A stretch of DNA of 64,000 nt. It comes from a virus (lineage: Duplodnaviria; Heunggongvirae; Uroviricota; Caudoviricetes). This document shows, one piece after another, positions 9,433 to 18,707 of this stretch. The stretch is from the IMG/VR virus record IMGVR_UViG_3300025162_000035, one strand, 5' to 3'. A program made the position numbers and the translations under genes. Below the pieces are notes generated by a model. The model was not told where the DNA came from and made no database searches. It saw only the letters and a program-made list of their open reading frames with translations. The first letter of the stretch is position 1. Each line of letters opens with the position of its first letter.

Positions 9433-9994
9433 AAAACTCAGAGAACAATATACGGATGAAGAAATCGCTGAATCGATGATACTTCCATCTAAGAAATTAT
9501 CAAAGAAAGAAGAACAAGAATTTTCGGCATTTATAAAAAAGAAAAAAATGGAATTAACTGGTGAAAATGTAAGCATAGTTGTAAAGAACTGTTTGTTTGC
9601 TGGCAATGAAGATACATCAACTGCTGTATTGGCAAAAGGCGTACAAAACGAATTTGGATTTAATCCTGAAAGGTTAGCCAAAAATGAAGAAACAATAATC
9701 GAGTTTTTAAAACAACTTCCAGAGAACTTTCGGGTTGATAAAGGTGGCGGATGGTCATTTTTATCGGCTATAGATACAATAGATGGTACACAATGGGCAC
9801 AACATCAAAATGTCGATGAATTAATGTGCTTGGGGCTTGCTATTGGTCGGGTTAAATTTTTACTGCCACGAGAAATGTGGAATGCACTTCCTGGTGGAAT
9901 GCCTTATTTCTCAATTGATGTTACTCCATTGAAAGATATGAGAAAGAAGAAATTAGATCAACTAAATGAAAGGCAAGAAGGAAATAAGATTTAA
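9410..9994 (+). CDS. hypothetical protein (194 aa) with Lys-rich C-terminus ...MRKKKLDQLNERQEGNKI
   Basis: ORF track; carries a weaker copy of the C-terminal RKxKL motif. Confidence 0.45.
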   Translation: MKSKSVYKKLREQYTDEEIAESMILPSKKLSKKEEQEFSAFIKKKKMELTGENVSIVVKNCLFAGNEDTSTAVLAKGVQNEFGFNPERLAKNEETIIEFLKQLPENFRVDKGGGWSFLSAIDTIDGTQWAQHQNVDELMCLGLAIGRVKFLLPREMWNALPGGMPYFSIDVTPLKDMRKKKLDQLNERQEGNKI

Positions 9995-10280
9995 TTTTAG
10001 AACTGCTGTTTTCAAACGTGATGGTGGTAAATGTGTATTTTGCAATAAAGATGCGGAAGATTCACATCATATCACAGATAGAAACTCCCCAGAAATTTCT
10101 AATGGTGGATATGTTTTAGAAAATGGAATATCTCTTTGCGCTGAGCATCATTTGATAGCTGAAAAATTTCATATAAGTAATGGCACCAGTTGGGATGAAG
10201 GATTTCACCCAGATGATCTTTATAAGAAGATTGGATCATCAAAAGAATTAGCAATTCAGAAGAGTTCAGAATTATTATAA
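9966..10280 (+). CDS. small HNH endonuclease (104 aa)
   Basis: CVFCNK...SHHITDRN...NG...LCAEHH matches the HNH His-Me finger pattern. Confidence 0.55.
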   Translation: MKGKKEIRFNFRTAVFKRDGGKCVFCNKDAEDSHHITDRNSPEISNGGYVLENGISLCAEHHLIAEKFHISNGTSWDEGFHPDDLYKKIGSSKELAIQKSSELL

Positions 10281-10793
10281 ATCGAATCTTTTAGTTATTT
10301 TCCATTTATCATATTCGTTTTTAATATTAGATAATGGAAATTTATGCATAGCATATGCTGTTTCATATGTGAAGTGCTGGTCTTTAATTACAATTTTATC
10401 GGCAAACTTCTTATCAGCTAAAAAATCAAAAAGATTATCTACTTCTTCGGATTTGAAACTTGTTTCAGGTAAGAAAAATGTATAACCTCTAAGTCTATCA
10501 AAATTTTTATTTTTTCTAACTGAATATTTCCAAAATAAGTGGTCTACATATTCGAACGAGTTTATATTAAATATAGATTGATCAGCCCAATAAATTTCTA
10601 ATGTTTCCTCGTTTTTATTATTAATTGTAACGTAGTTTCTATATATTCTAATTTTACAACCTAACAGCGCACAAAGTAATTCTATAAATTTGTAAAGATC
10701 AAGTCTATCAAATTCTTCAAAATCTGCTTGATCTAAAAGGTCGCCCCTGAGAGTTTCTTTTGCTTCAGTTACAAATGAATTGTATTTTTTCAT
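10275..10793 (-). CDS. paralog-array member (172 aa), C-terminus ...KITKRFDL
   Basis: Shares the C-terminal K-x-F-D-L motif with the array members. Confidence 0.5.
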   Translation of the reverse strand: MKKYNSFVTEAKETLRGDLLDQADFEEFDRLDLYKFIELLCALLGCKIRIYRNYVTINNKNEETLEIYWADQSIFNINSFEYVDHLFWKYSVRKNKNFDRLRGYTFFLPETSFKSEEVDNLFDFLADKKFADKIVIKDQHFTYETAYAMHKFPLSNIKNEYDKWKITKRFDL

Positions 10794-10799
10794 ATATTT

Positions 10800-11177
10800 T
10801 TATAAATCAAATTGTTTCTGCTTGAAGAATTGCTCAGCATTTCCTAACCACTTGGGAAAATGTTTTAGCCTGACTGGGTTTCGGCTAAATTCTTTTATAA
10901 ATTTTTGTTTGAATTTTTCAACAAAATCATTATGTAGATAGACAACATCATTTTGATCCATTAAAATTGTCCATGTATTATCATTCCAGCTTTGATTAGC
11001 ACTTTGTGGAGTACTTTCAATAATAATACGGTATAGCCCATCAAATTGAACCTTCATGTCTATTTTAAGCCATTCCATTTCTTCCATGAGCTTTTTGTTA
11101 TAATAGTAAACATTATACTTTTCATCAGAAGAGTCACGCCTTCTATTTTCATTTAAGAATGTGTTATATGTAAGCAT
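10800..11177 (-). CDS. paralog-array member (125 aa), C-terminus ...KQKQFDL
   Basis: C-terminal FDL motif; its stop is followed by the start of 10275..10793. Confidence 0.5.
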   Translation of the reverse strand: MLTYNTFLNENRRRDSSDEKYNVYYYNKKLMEEMEWLKIDMKVQFDGLYRIIIESTPQSANQSWNDNTWTILMDQNDVVYLHNDFVEKFKQKFIKEFSRNPVRLKHFPKWLGNAEQFFKQKQFDL

Positions 11178-11226
11178 AAAATATTATTTAAGTTTTTTAT
11201 ATATATTAAAAAAAGTTGGAATAAAA

Positions 11227-11880
11227 ATGATCATAAAAACCAAAAAAGAATTAGAAGAAATTTTCAAAGCATTATATGATCAAGGGTTTGGTTATTTTCG
11301 TGATTATGACGCTCACAGCGCAAAAATTGATAAAATAATTAATAGTGCCAATACAAGGAATTTATCTGAGTATAAATATAATAATTTAAAGGATAGATTA
11401 ACAAAGATGAATGACTATGAAGAAATCAAAAAAGAAGCTGAAAAACATTTTTCAGCATATTCTCCAGAGGACAAAATAAAAGAATTAATGAATAAATTTT
11501 ATCTTATCCCAAATGCGGCTCAAAAAACACCCAGTGACTCAAGACCATCAGATTTGGATATTATTGGATGGCAAAAATTTAAGATGAAATATAATATTGA
11601 TGACTCTGGATATGGTGATTATACACACTTTGGTTATTATAATTTGGATAAAGGTCTTCGAATAAGATGGAGTAATGACTATGAATTTCCTACATTATGT
11701 GAACTTGTAAATGGTGGCCCTCCAGATTTTGAAATAAAAAAGGTGAGTGATGGTGTAGAGCTTAAGGGGAATCTTGGGAATTTTAAAGAAAGATACTTTA
11801 ATTCATTAAAAAGTGATAATGCGAATGAAATTCGAATTATAGATTATAACAATAAACGGTATATATTCAATAAAGAATAA
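11227..11880 (+). CDS. hypothetical protein (218 aa from ATG 11227; paralog of 14052..14864)
   Basis: Shares ...QGFG...DDSGYGDY... and an identical upstream palindrome TTTTTAATATATATTAAAAAA with 14052. Confidence 0.5.
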   Translation: MIIKTKKELEEIFKALYDQGFGYFRDYDAHSAKIDKIINSANTRNLSEYKYNNLKDRLTKMNDYEEIKKEAEKHFSAYSPEDKIKELMNKFYLIPNAAQKTPSDSRPSDLDIIGWQKFKMKYNIDDSGYGDYTHFGYYNLDKGLRIRWSNDYEFPTLCELVNGGPPDFEIKKVSDGVELKGNLGNFKERYFNSLKSDNANEIRIIDYNNKRYIFNKE

Positions 11881-11900
11881 AAAAAGGCGGCATGATTTTT

Positions 11901-12404
11901 TTATAAATCAAATCTACTTCCAGCTTTATTGCTAAAAAAGTCTTTGAAAGGCTCTAAGCTGGTTGGAAGTTTGTCTTTTTTTATCCAATACCCCATTTTA
12001 TCATTTCCTTTTTTATCTTGTATTTCTGTGCATTTTTCTACAACACCTTTCTCATATAAATAATCGAATAATTTAACAGGTAATTGTTGTTCAGCGAAAA
12101 CATGAAATAGTATATATTCAAGGTTGGTTGGGGAAAATAATATACTGATGTTTTGCCATTTTCTTTTTTCACCATCATATCCTTTAAACATAGTATCAAA
12201 TTTTACCATTTGATCATTTGAAAATGATAATGGTGGGTTTGTCTCCCACTCATATATTTCATACATTGACATATCCATTGCTAACTTCAAAAATTCAAAA
12301 AGAACAGCAACATTAAATTCATAGGATTCTATTTTATTTATTTCTACCGAATCTTTGCTTGGAATAAGCCATTTATCATTTTCAAAGGTTTTTAAGTATT
12401 TCAT
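11901..12404 (-). CDS. paralog-array member (167 aa), N-terminus MKYLKTFE, C-terminus SRFDL
   Basis: Conserved termini; 4-nt ATGA overlap with the upstream gene. Confidence 0.55.
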   Translation of the reverse strand: MKYLKTFENDKWLIPSKDSVEINKIESYEFNVAVLFEFLKLAMDMSMYEIYEWETNPPLSFSNDQMVKFDTMFKGYDGEKRKWQNISILFSPTNLEYILFHVFAEQQLPVKLFDYLYEKGVVEKCTEIQDKKGNDKMGYWIKKDKLPTSLEPFKDFFSNKAGSRFDL

Positions 12405-12811
12405 AAATCAAATTTTTGAATATTGGCTTTCTTTTTTAGCGCATCCTGAAATAGTTTGCCGTTAGGACCTTGGGTAGTAAATTCATTTTTATTTTTATCA
12501 ATCAATTCTATTAATCCAATATCCATTACATCGGAAGATTTATCTTCAACCAAATTGACACCGCTTTTAGGGAACCAAATAAAATATGCTTTAGATGTGG
12601 TATTTGAAAATGCTGTAAATTTAGCCCTCATCATCATTCCAATAATAGAATTATATCCTTGTTCATCTGGATCAATTTTATTCATTTTTTCAATTTCAAG
12701 TATTTTCTTGTATAATCCACCTTTAACTTCTTTGAAGCCTTCTTTTCCAATAAATACAAAAAGATCATGTGTTTCAATATCTTTATCTTCAAATGTTTTT
12801 AGATATATCAT
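12401..12811 (-). CDS. paralog-array member (136 aa), N-terminus MIYLKTFE, C-terminus QKFDL
   Basis: Conserved termini; overlapping junction CTATGA. Confidence 0.55.
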   Translation of the reverse strand: MIYLKTFEDKDIETHDLFVFIGKEGFKEVKGGLYKKILEIEKMNKIDPDEQGYNSIIGMMMRAKFTAFSNTTSKAYFIWFPKSGVNLVEDKSSDVMDIGLIELIDKNKNEFTTQGPNGKLFQDALKKKANIQKFDL

Positions 12812-13248
12812 AGATCAAATTGTTTTGATTTCATACTTACTGATAATTGATTTTTAATTTCATCTCGTCTTTTAATATAATTATCTACTAAATCTTGTAA
12901 TTTAATATCTAATTCACATCCAGCGGCTTTATACAAATCTTTTAGATATAGTTTAAAGAAATGTCTAATATCTTCATCTGTTGGTATATTATCTTCATCT
13001 AAAACAAAGAATTTAAGGTTTTGTGATCTTGCTTGAACTGGCTTTACATAATCTTTATAAAATGTATAACCTTCAAAATGATATAATCCAACCATAGCTG
13101 TATTTTCTGGCTGAAGTCGCATTAAATCAAATTTTGAAGTGTTTGGATAATCAAATTTAAAAATGTCGCCAACTTGAAGCCTGACCCCATTTTGATATTT
13201 AAGTTGTTCCTCATTATTAAAGGCTTCATACAGTTTCAAATACACCAT
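12808..13248 (-). CDS. paralog-array member (146 aa), N-terminus MVYLKLYE, C-terminus KQFDL
   Basis: Clear paralog of 13248..13655 (GDIFKFDYP vs GDIFRFTYP). Confidence 0.55.
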   Translation of the reverse strand: MVYLKLYEAFNNEEQLKYQNGVRLQVGDIFKFDYPNTSKFDLMRLQPENTAMVGLYHFEGYTFYKDYVKPVQARSQNLKFFVLDEDNIPTDEDIRHFFKLYLKDLYKAAGCELDIKLQDLVDNYIKRRDEIKNQLSVSMKSKQFDL

Positions 13249-13655
13249 TACATATCAAATTGTTTTGTAGATTTAAATATATTATATTCTTTTTCCATTT
13301 CATCACGTCTTTGATGAGCTTCTTTAATGGATATTTTTTTACCAGCTCCCCACAACTTTGAATTTGCACAACTTAGATATAAATCGAGTTCTTCTTTAGA
13401 CGGTATGCTTTCATCATCAACAGTAAAAAAATTTAATTGCACAGAATCTTTCTCTACGACACCTTTAGATTTTTTATTGAAAACATATCCTTTAAATATA
13501 TATCCATCGTCTTCATCTGGGTAATTAATAAGTCTTTCAATAGCAATTATATTGTTGTCTGGATACGTAAATCTGAAGATATCCCCAGTTTTTATTTTAA
13601 TCGTTTCTTCCCATTCCTCAAAAACACTTTCATTAAAATATCTGATATACACCAT
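13248..13655 (-). CDS. paralog-array member (135 aa), N-terminus MVYIRYFNE, C-terminus KQFDM
   Basis: Junction sequence CAATTTGATATGTAATGGTGTAT is identical to the next junction, indicating tandem duplication. Confidence 0.55.
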   Translation of the reverse strand: MVYIRYFNESVFEEWEETIKIKTGDIFRFTYPDNNIIAIERLINYPDEDDGYIFKGYVFNKKSKGVVEKDSVQLNFFTVDDESIPSKEELDLYLSCANSKLWGAGKKISIKEAHQRRDEMEKEYNIFKSTKQFDM

Positions 13656-13999
13656 TACATATCAAATTGTTTTCCTTTTAAAATTGGATCGACATTCCCG
13701 CAAATTTTAGGAACATATTTCATGTCGTCCAAATATACAGGTGCGTTTTTCTTAAATTCTATAGCAAATTTTTTCCAGAATGGCTCAATAGCATCTACTG
13801 GAAGTTTTAGCATCTCAATATTACCTTCCACTTCTAAAAGAACTTGACGCATATCACCATCTTCCATAACAATATTAATGAATTGGTGGTCTACGGCAAT
13901 TTTTTTCCAATTTTTATTCATCATATCTTTCCAATTCCAATAAACCAATTGGTTCTTTGTGGTTGATTCTTTAATAATAAATGATGTGTAGCTAAGCAT
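13655..13999 (-). CDS. paralog-array member (114 aa), C-terminus KGKQFDM
   Basis: C-terminal motif; first gene of the minus-strand array. Confidence 0.5.
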   Translation of the reverse strand: MLSYTSFIIKESTTKNQLVYWNWKDMMNKNWKKIAVDHQFINIVMEDGDMRQVLLEVEGNIEMLKLPVDAIEPFWKKFAIEFKKNAPVYLDDMKYVPKICGNVDPILKGKQFDM

Positions 14000-14051
14000 A
14001 TGTGATTTTACTTTTACTTTTTAATATATATTAAAAAATTCATCACATTTT

Positions 14052-14864
14052 ATGGAAATCGGCATAATAAAAAACAAAAGTGAATTAGAAAAAGTTTTAT
14101 CATTTTTCCAAGAACAGGGGTTTAGCACTGGTAGTGCAACATCATGGCATGATTCAAAGATTCGATATATAATAGAATCTGAAAATGTTAACAAATTAAA
14201 CATCAAATTTGATCATCAAAACGATTTTATAAAAAGTGATGATGCTTGGCTCACTACAAATGATAAAGAACAAGTATTACGAAAATTATATTGGGTTAAT
14301 GATTATGATGAAGTTCAAAAAATAGCGAAGCACTTTTTTTCTAAATTCACTGTTAATGATAAAATTGATGAATTGCTTAAGCATTTTAGTTTAGAAGAAG
14401 ATGATACTTGTACGATCCCACCAGTTAACAGTGAGCCGAGTTACAGTGATGTTGATGGTTGGTATAAATTTAGAATAAAATATGGAATAGATGACAGTGG
14501 AGATTTTTATTTCAGAAACAATCATAGAAATGAGGTGAAGGTTTTTAATTTTGATAAGAAGTCAATAAAAATATCTGGAATTAAGAAATATGAAGGGCTT
14601 CATGAATTCAGAAAGCTTTATGAAATAATATATGGAAAGCCGCCATTGGATTTTGATGTTGATAATAAAGGAGTTTGGCAAGACTTGGGGGAGATTCAAT
14701 TAAAATCATACAAAAATGGCACAACAGAGCTCAGTGGTAACCTCAAAAAATTGAAAGATTATTTTTACAATAAAGTAAAGACTCAGCAAAGGCACATTTT
14801 TAATGTTGTGTTTCATGATGGAAAGAAAGAATTTTTAGAAATGGATCAAAAATATAAAGACTGA
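14052..14864 (+). CDS. hypothetical protein (270 aa; paralog of 11227..11880)
   Basis: Shared motifs and shared upstream palindrome. Confidence 0.5.
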   Translation: MEIGIIKNKSELEKVLSFFQEQGFSTGSATSWHDSKIRYIIESENVNKLNIKFDHQNDFIKSDDAWLTTNDKEQVLRKLYWVNDYDEVQKIAKHFFSKFTVNDKIDELLKHFSLEEDDTCTIPPVNSEPSYSDVDGWYKFRIKYGIDDSGDFYFRNNHRNEVKVFNFDKKSIKISGIKKYEGLHEFRKLYEIIYGKPPLDFDVDNKGVWQDLGEIQLKSYKNGTTELSGNLKKLKDYFYNKVKTQQRHIFNVVFHDGKKEFLEMDQKYKD

Positions 14865-15298
14865 TGAAATATTTAAAAACTTTTGAAAAGAAAACAAACT
14901 ATAGTATTACATTATGTTTTAATGATATTTATGAAATATTGTCTAAATATTACGGTGATGCTTTTTTAAGAACTCCAGACACTGGATCGGATGATTGTGA
15001 ATATAGATTATCCAGAAAAATTATGATGGAGTATTTTGCAAATAAAAAAATAGAATTCTTTTGTAAAAGAATATATTTCTGTTCTCGATCAAAGGATTAT
15101 AATAATGTTGTGAATGGCTATGTTAAATATATAATGACAACCAATCCAGCTATAAGTCCCAGTTATGGTGAGGTGTCTGATTGGGTTACTTTGTTAATAG
15201 GAAGAACGGAATATAAAGCTGGGTTAAATGATATTATTACAGTGTATAGTAATCAAACTTTTGACTCATTTATTAGTTCTCGTAGATTTGATTTATAA
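14864..15298 (+). CDS. dispersed paralog-family member (144 aa), N-terminus MKYLKTFEKK, C-terminus SRRFDL
   Basis: Both conserved termini present. Confidence 0.55.
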   Translation: MKYLKTFEKKTNYSITLCFNDIYEILSKYYGDAFLRTPDTGSDDCEYRLSRKIMMEYFANKKIEFFCKRIYFCSRSKDYNNVVNGYVKYIMTTNPAISPSYGEVSDWVTLLIGRTEYKAGLNDIITVYSNQTFDSFISSRRFDL

Positions 15299-15300
15299 TT

Positions 15301-15348
15301 ATGAAATATATTAAACAATATGAAAACACTAAAAAAATATGGGGTTAA
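15301..15348 (+). pseudogene. vestigial paralog start 'MKYIKQYENTKKIWG*'
   Basis: ATGAAATATATTAAA directly after FDL*TAATT mimics the conserved gene junction, then terminates after 15 codons. Confidence 0.3.
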
Positions 15349-15743
15349 TTAACTGTTATTAAAAATTTAATAAAACTTATTAAAATCTAACATTATCTAC
15401 AACCAAAATTTATTTTACTAAAAATGAGTTTTTTACTTTAATATATAGTATTTATAGTTGATGTTCTTTGATATAGTGGTTGTTGACCAAAAACTTGGTC
15501 AGCGTAAAATCAAAAAAAGTAAAAAACATTGATTTGAAACAAAATCATACTTAATTTAGATTTTATAGGGAGCCGTACTCCCGAATTAACGCTTTTGGAG
15601 ATTATGTAAGACATTTAAACTTAATTTATTAAGTGAATATGCAATGGTCGATGAATTAAGAAGAATTAAATTTATCATCTTGTAGATTTTGGTAAGTTTT
15701 TTCATACGGTAATAAACCGCATATAAAAGAATATGAGGACACC

Positions 15744-16172
15744 ATGGAAGAGCTTTTTAAGTTTTTCCAGACCGCTATTGATATTCCATATGATGTTACT
15801 GTTAAAGAAGATACGTATCCGCATAAGATAGTTGGCAATTTTTATAAGGATAGAAAAAGTTTTTTGTGTGTTCAAATAGTATCTCAAGTAATACTACATT
15901 ATTATGGTGGACCAGCTTCCAATGTTAAATATTTTTTGAAGATAAGTTTTGAAGTTAAACCATCTCTATGGGAAAGGGAGAAATGTTGGGAAATAATTGA
16001 TTATTTGATGGATGAATCAATATTGCGTCCAGATACAGTCTTAACTACAAATAATAAAGGTGATGTTAGTGTAGTCTATGAAGTTCCAATTAATAATTTA
16101 GGATTTCTCAGGAAAAGGCTAACCTTAAATGGGCTGAAGCAAAATAAGACCCTAAAACGATTCGATTTATAA
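15744..16172 (+). CDS. paralog-family member (142 aa), C-terminus TLKRFDL
   Basis: C-terminal motif; preceded by a 445-nt non-coding gap. Confidence 0.5.
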   Translation: MEELFKFFQTAIDIPYDVTVKEDTYPHKIVGNFYKDRKSFLCVQIVSQVILHYYGGPASNVKYFLKISFEVKPSLWEREKCWEIIDYLMDESILRPDTVLTTNNKGDVSVVYEVPINNLGFLRKRLTLNGLKQNKTLKRFDL

Positions 16173-16409
16173 TTAGAATGCAATCGTACTTGGAAACGTG
16201 GTGGATATGTCATCTGCGTTGATAATAAATTATGTCCAGAACTTACTTTAAATAAGTCTTATACTGTCATAAGAATAGATCATGAAGATAAATACACATC
16301 AGTTATTAATGACTTGGGCAAAGAGTTTGCATATTATCACTATAGATTTAAAAATGATATTGCAAGACAGCGTAAAGAGAAATTAAATAAAATTTATGGT
16401 TTTAATTGA
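16173..16409 (+). pseudogene. member of the small Lys-rich-C-terminus family lacking an in-frame start (…YVICVDNK…RQRKEKLNKIYGFN*)
   Basis: Open frame directly after the FDL stop with family motifs V-I-C-V-D-N-K and RKEKLNKI, but no ATG/GTG. An ATG at 16186 lies in the +1 frame, so this is a frameshift or an indel. Confidence 0.3.
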
Positions 16410-16747
16410 ATTTTTGAGTATGTTTGCAATTCTGGATCATCAGGATAGAAAAATTGAATATCAAGTTTTCTCCCATTCCAGTTAAAAAAATGGGTATAGT
16501 TATCTTCTGTAAAATTACTATGATATTGCTCAGTGAATTGCAATGCTGTTTTTCCACGAATTGGTGGTATAATAATTGCAACATCAAGATCACTATCAGG
16601 TCTGGCGACACCTTTTGCTTCGGAACCAACAATAAAGGCATCAAGAATAGGTTTTCTAATTGGGTGTACCCAATTCATTCTAAGCTTTGTGCGAATGTCT
16701 TTTATTCTTGGATATTGATTATTAACATGCTCTAAAAATGTTTGCAT
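16394..16747 (-). CDS. minimal nucleotidyltransferase (Pol-beta/MNT fold)
   Basis: GSEAKGVARPDSDLDVAII matches the G[SG]-x-D-x-D NTase signature; 117 aa is typical of MNT-type proteins. Confidence 0.6.
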   Translation of the reverse strand: MQTFLEHVNNQYPRIKDIRTKLRMNWVHPIRKPILDAFIVGSEAKGVARPDSDLDVAIIIPPIRGKTALQFTEQYHSNFTEDNYTHFFNWNGRKLDIQFFYPDDPELQTYSKIQLKP

Positions 16748-16800
16748 ACCTTATATATAAAAATCGCAAACTTTTTTATTATCTTTGAATAAAATAAATT

Positions 16801-17280
16801 GTGAGATCATACTATTTTATATTAGAATCCCATCTTCGTAGAAGGATGAAAAATGCCACCGAACCAATGTATTTATCATTGCTAAGTGGTATTGGATGGG
16901 GAAATGGATATGTTTTAGTTGACAAATCCCATGAATGGTATGGCGTACATTATGATTCGATAAATGCTGATGCTCATGGGGGATTGACTTTATCCGAAAA
17001 CTTTAATTCGATAGATATTGATGATTGGTTTGCTGATTGTGAATTTAAATTATCGAATGATATGGATGAAATCGTTAAATCTAACGGATATAAGGCTTTT
17101 GATAATTATTGGTTGATTGGATTTGATACTGGGCATGCTGGTGATGGTCCGCACATAGATAAAGAGTATGTTTGGAACGAAACTGAAAAATTGTATAAAC
17201 AGTATATTGAAGCATCAAATGTATCCCAGCGGAAGAAGAAATTAAAAAATATAAAAAAACTGCTACAGAAAAAGGAATAA
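16801..17280 (+). CDS. hypothetical protein (159 aa) with C-terminus ...QRKKKLKNIKKLLQKKE
   Basis: ORF track; Lys-rich C-terminus. Confidence 0.4.
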   Translation: MRSYYFILESHLRRRMKNATEPMYLSLLSGIGWGNGYVLVDKSHEWYGVHYDSINADAHGGLTLSENFNSIDIDDWFADCEFKLSNDMDEIVKSNGYKAFDNYWLIGFDTGHAGDGPHIDKEYVWNETEKLYKQYIEASNVSQRKKKLKNIKKLLQKKE

Positions 17281-17456
17281 CGGTTTATAGTACCGACTGA
17301 TAAACGAGGAACCCCGAAAGACACAGGGAATGAAAATTCTGCTTGCTCTTAGATCAGTCCTGTAGCCAAATAAAACTAAAACTATGAATGCAATTTTTGC
17401 ACTTGGAATACTTTCTATTTTAATTATTGGAATATTTATGATATCAAAATGGTATT

Positions 17457-17669
17457 ATGACCAGCGAGGAAAAAAATAAGTTGTATAAGATTTTAGATAA
17501 GAATTGTTTCAAAATAAAATCACCAACAAGAATTGTGATTGATGGCGAAAAGTTATCTCGTCTCGAATCAAATTTTTTGATCCAAATGCAACTACATAGC
17601 GCAAATGTTCATGAAGAAGCTGTAAAATATATAAGAATGAAAAAACTTAAACAACTGAACAATGTTTGA
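17457..17669 (+). CDS. small hypothetical protein (70 aa), C-terminus IRMKKLKQLNNV
   Basis: ORF track; weak copy of the K-rich C-terminal motif. Confidence 0.35.
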   Translation: MTSEEKNKLYKILDKNCFKIKSPTRIVIDGEKLSRLESNFLIQMQLHSANVHEEAVKYIRMKKLKQLNNV

Positions 17670-17970
17670 TGAATGTACGAAAGATCAAAGTACAATTAAA
17701 GTTGGTGACTTTGTAGGAGATTACAACATAAGCTGGGATATTGAAGTATATCCATGTGTTGTTTTGCAAAAAGACCCAGTTAGAGGATTGCGGGTATGTG
17801 AAGCATTTTGTCGGGTTTCTAATCAAATACGATGGCTTGACGAATGGGTATTGTATGATAAAGAACTTCAAGCCAAATTACATAATGATTTAAAAACACG
17901 GCATGAGGCTCCACCAAATGTTATCCGAGATGTTATCCGAGTAATAAAACTAAGCAAATTAAACGTATGA
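17662..17970 (+). CDS. small hypothetical protein (102 aa)
   Basis: ORF track; ATGA-type overlap with neighbours. Confidence 0.35.
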   Translation: MFDECTKDQSTIKVGDFVGDYNISWDIEVYPCVVLQKDPVRGLRVCEAFCRVSNQIRWLDEWVLYDKELQAKLHNDLKTRHEAPPNVIRDVIRVIKLSKLNV

Positions 17971-18176
17971 TAAATTTTTTAATAGTTGGATTGATAATAA
18001 TTGTATTTATTCTTATCTATCTTTTGAGACAAACCAGATTAAAATTAAAAAAATTAGCACAGCGACAGGACCCAAAATATTCTCCTAATCAATTTAAAGA
18101 ACAGATTAGAAAACAACAACGGGAAATTAATAGATTAAATATTCAGCTAAGATCAGAACGAAAACGAAGAAGATGA
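17967..18176 (+). CDS. small membrane protein (69 aa) with a basic tail
   Basis: N-terminal TM helix; overlaps neighbours by 4 nt. Confidence 0.35.
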   Translation: MINFLIVGLIIIVFILIYLLRQTRLKLKKLAQRQDPKYSPNQFKEQIRKQQREINRLNIQLRSERKRRR

Positions 18177-18445
18177 CTGTTTTTTGTAAAAAATCATTTT
18201 GGGAATTTAATATCGGAATGATATATCATGTCCGTGAAGAAGAATTAAATGAAGAAACAATTTATATTGAGAATATAAATTCTGAAGGTTTATGCACATT
18301 TGGAAGAAGATTCATACTTAATAAAGGCATATATGATGCCAATCATGATGACTCAGTAAGGTTTATCCGAGATGTTTTTCATGATTATTTTTTAACTAAG
18401 GTAGAAGAAAGAAAAATAAAATTAGCACAATTAAATGCACGATAA
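18173..18445 (+). CDS. small hypothetical protein (90 aa)
   Basis: ORF track. Confidence 0.35.
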   Translation: MTVFCKKSFWEFNIGMIYHVREEELNEETIYIENINSEGLCTFGRRFILNKGIYDANHDDSVRFIRDVFHDYFLTKVEERKIKLAQLNAR

Positions 18446-18656
18446 AAAAATATGGACTACTCGTGAGGGAATTGAAATTGAGGTTTGTAAAATGTCCAAT
18501 GAACATATATCAAATGCCATAGTGTATGTTAATAAGCATTATGCTGAATGGGTTGCACACTTCGGAAAAAAAGAAGTTTTGGATCATTTGAAAAATCTTA
18601 AGGCTGAACTTCGTTACCGAAAATTAATCCGTATTAATAATTCAGAAGAACTTTAA
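18435..18656 (+). CDS. small hypothetical protein (73 aa)
   Basis: ORF track. Confidence 0.35.
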   Translation: MHDKKIWTTREGIEIEVCKMSNEHISNAIVYVNKHYAEWVAHFGKKEVLDHLKNLKAELRYRKLIRINNSEEL

Positions 18657-18690
18657 TTTTTTTTATTTGAAAATGTTTTATACATTTGTG
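18652..18690 (+). promoter_or_regulatory. promoter-like element (T-tract plus 'TTTTATACATTTGTG')
   Basis: Bipartite motif 18-21 nt upstream of the ATG at 18708. Confidence 0.4.
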
Positions 18691-18707
18691 GAATTAAACT
18701 TTATATT

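Noticed and set aside
12456-13847. + strand ORFs 12456..12857, 13327..13524, 13437..13847 antisense to the paralog array
   Set aside because: The minus-strand genes have conserved termini and overlapping junctions; the antisense ORFs are low-complexity and lack any such signals.
15656-15887. Minus-strand ORFs 15656..15838 and 15702..15887
   Set aside because: They overlap the start of the plus-strand family gene 15744..16172 and lie in an AT-rich non-coding stretch, so they are likely spurious.
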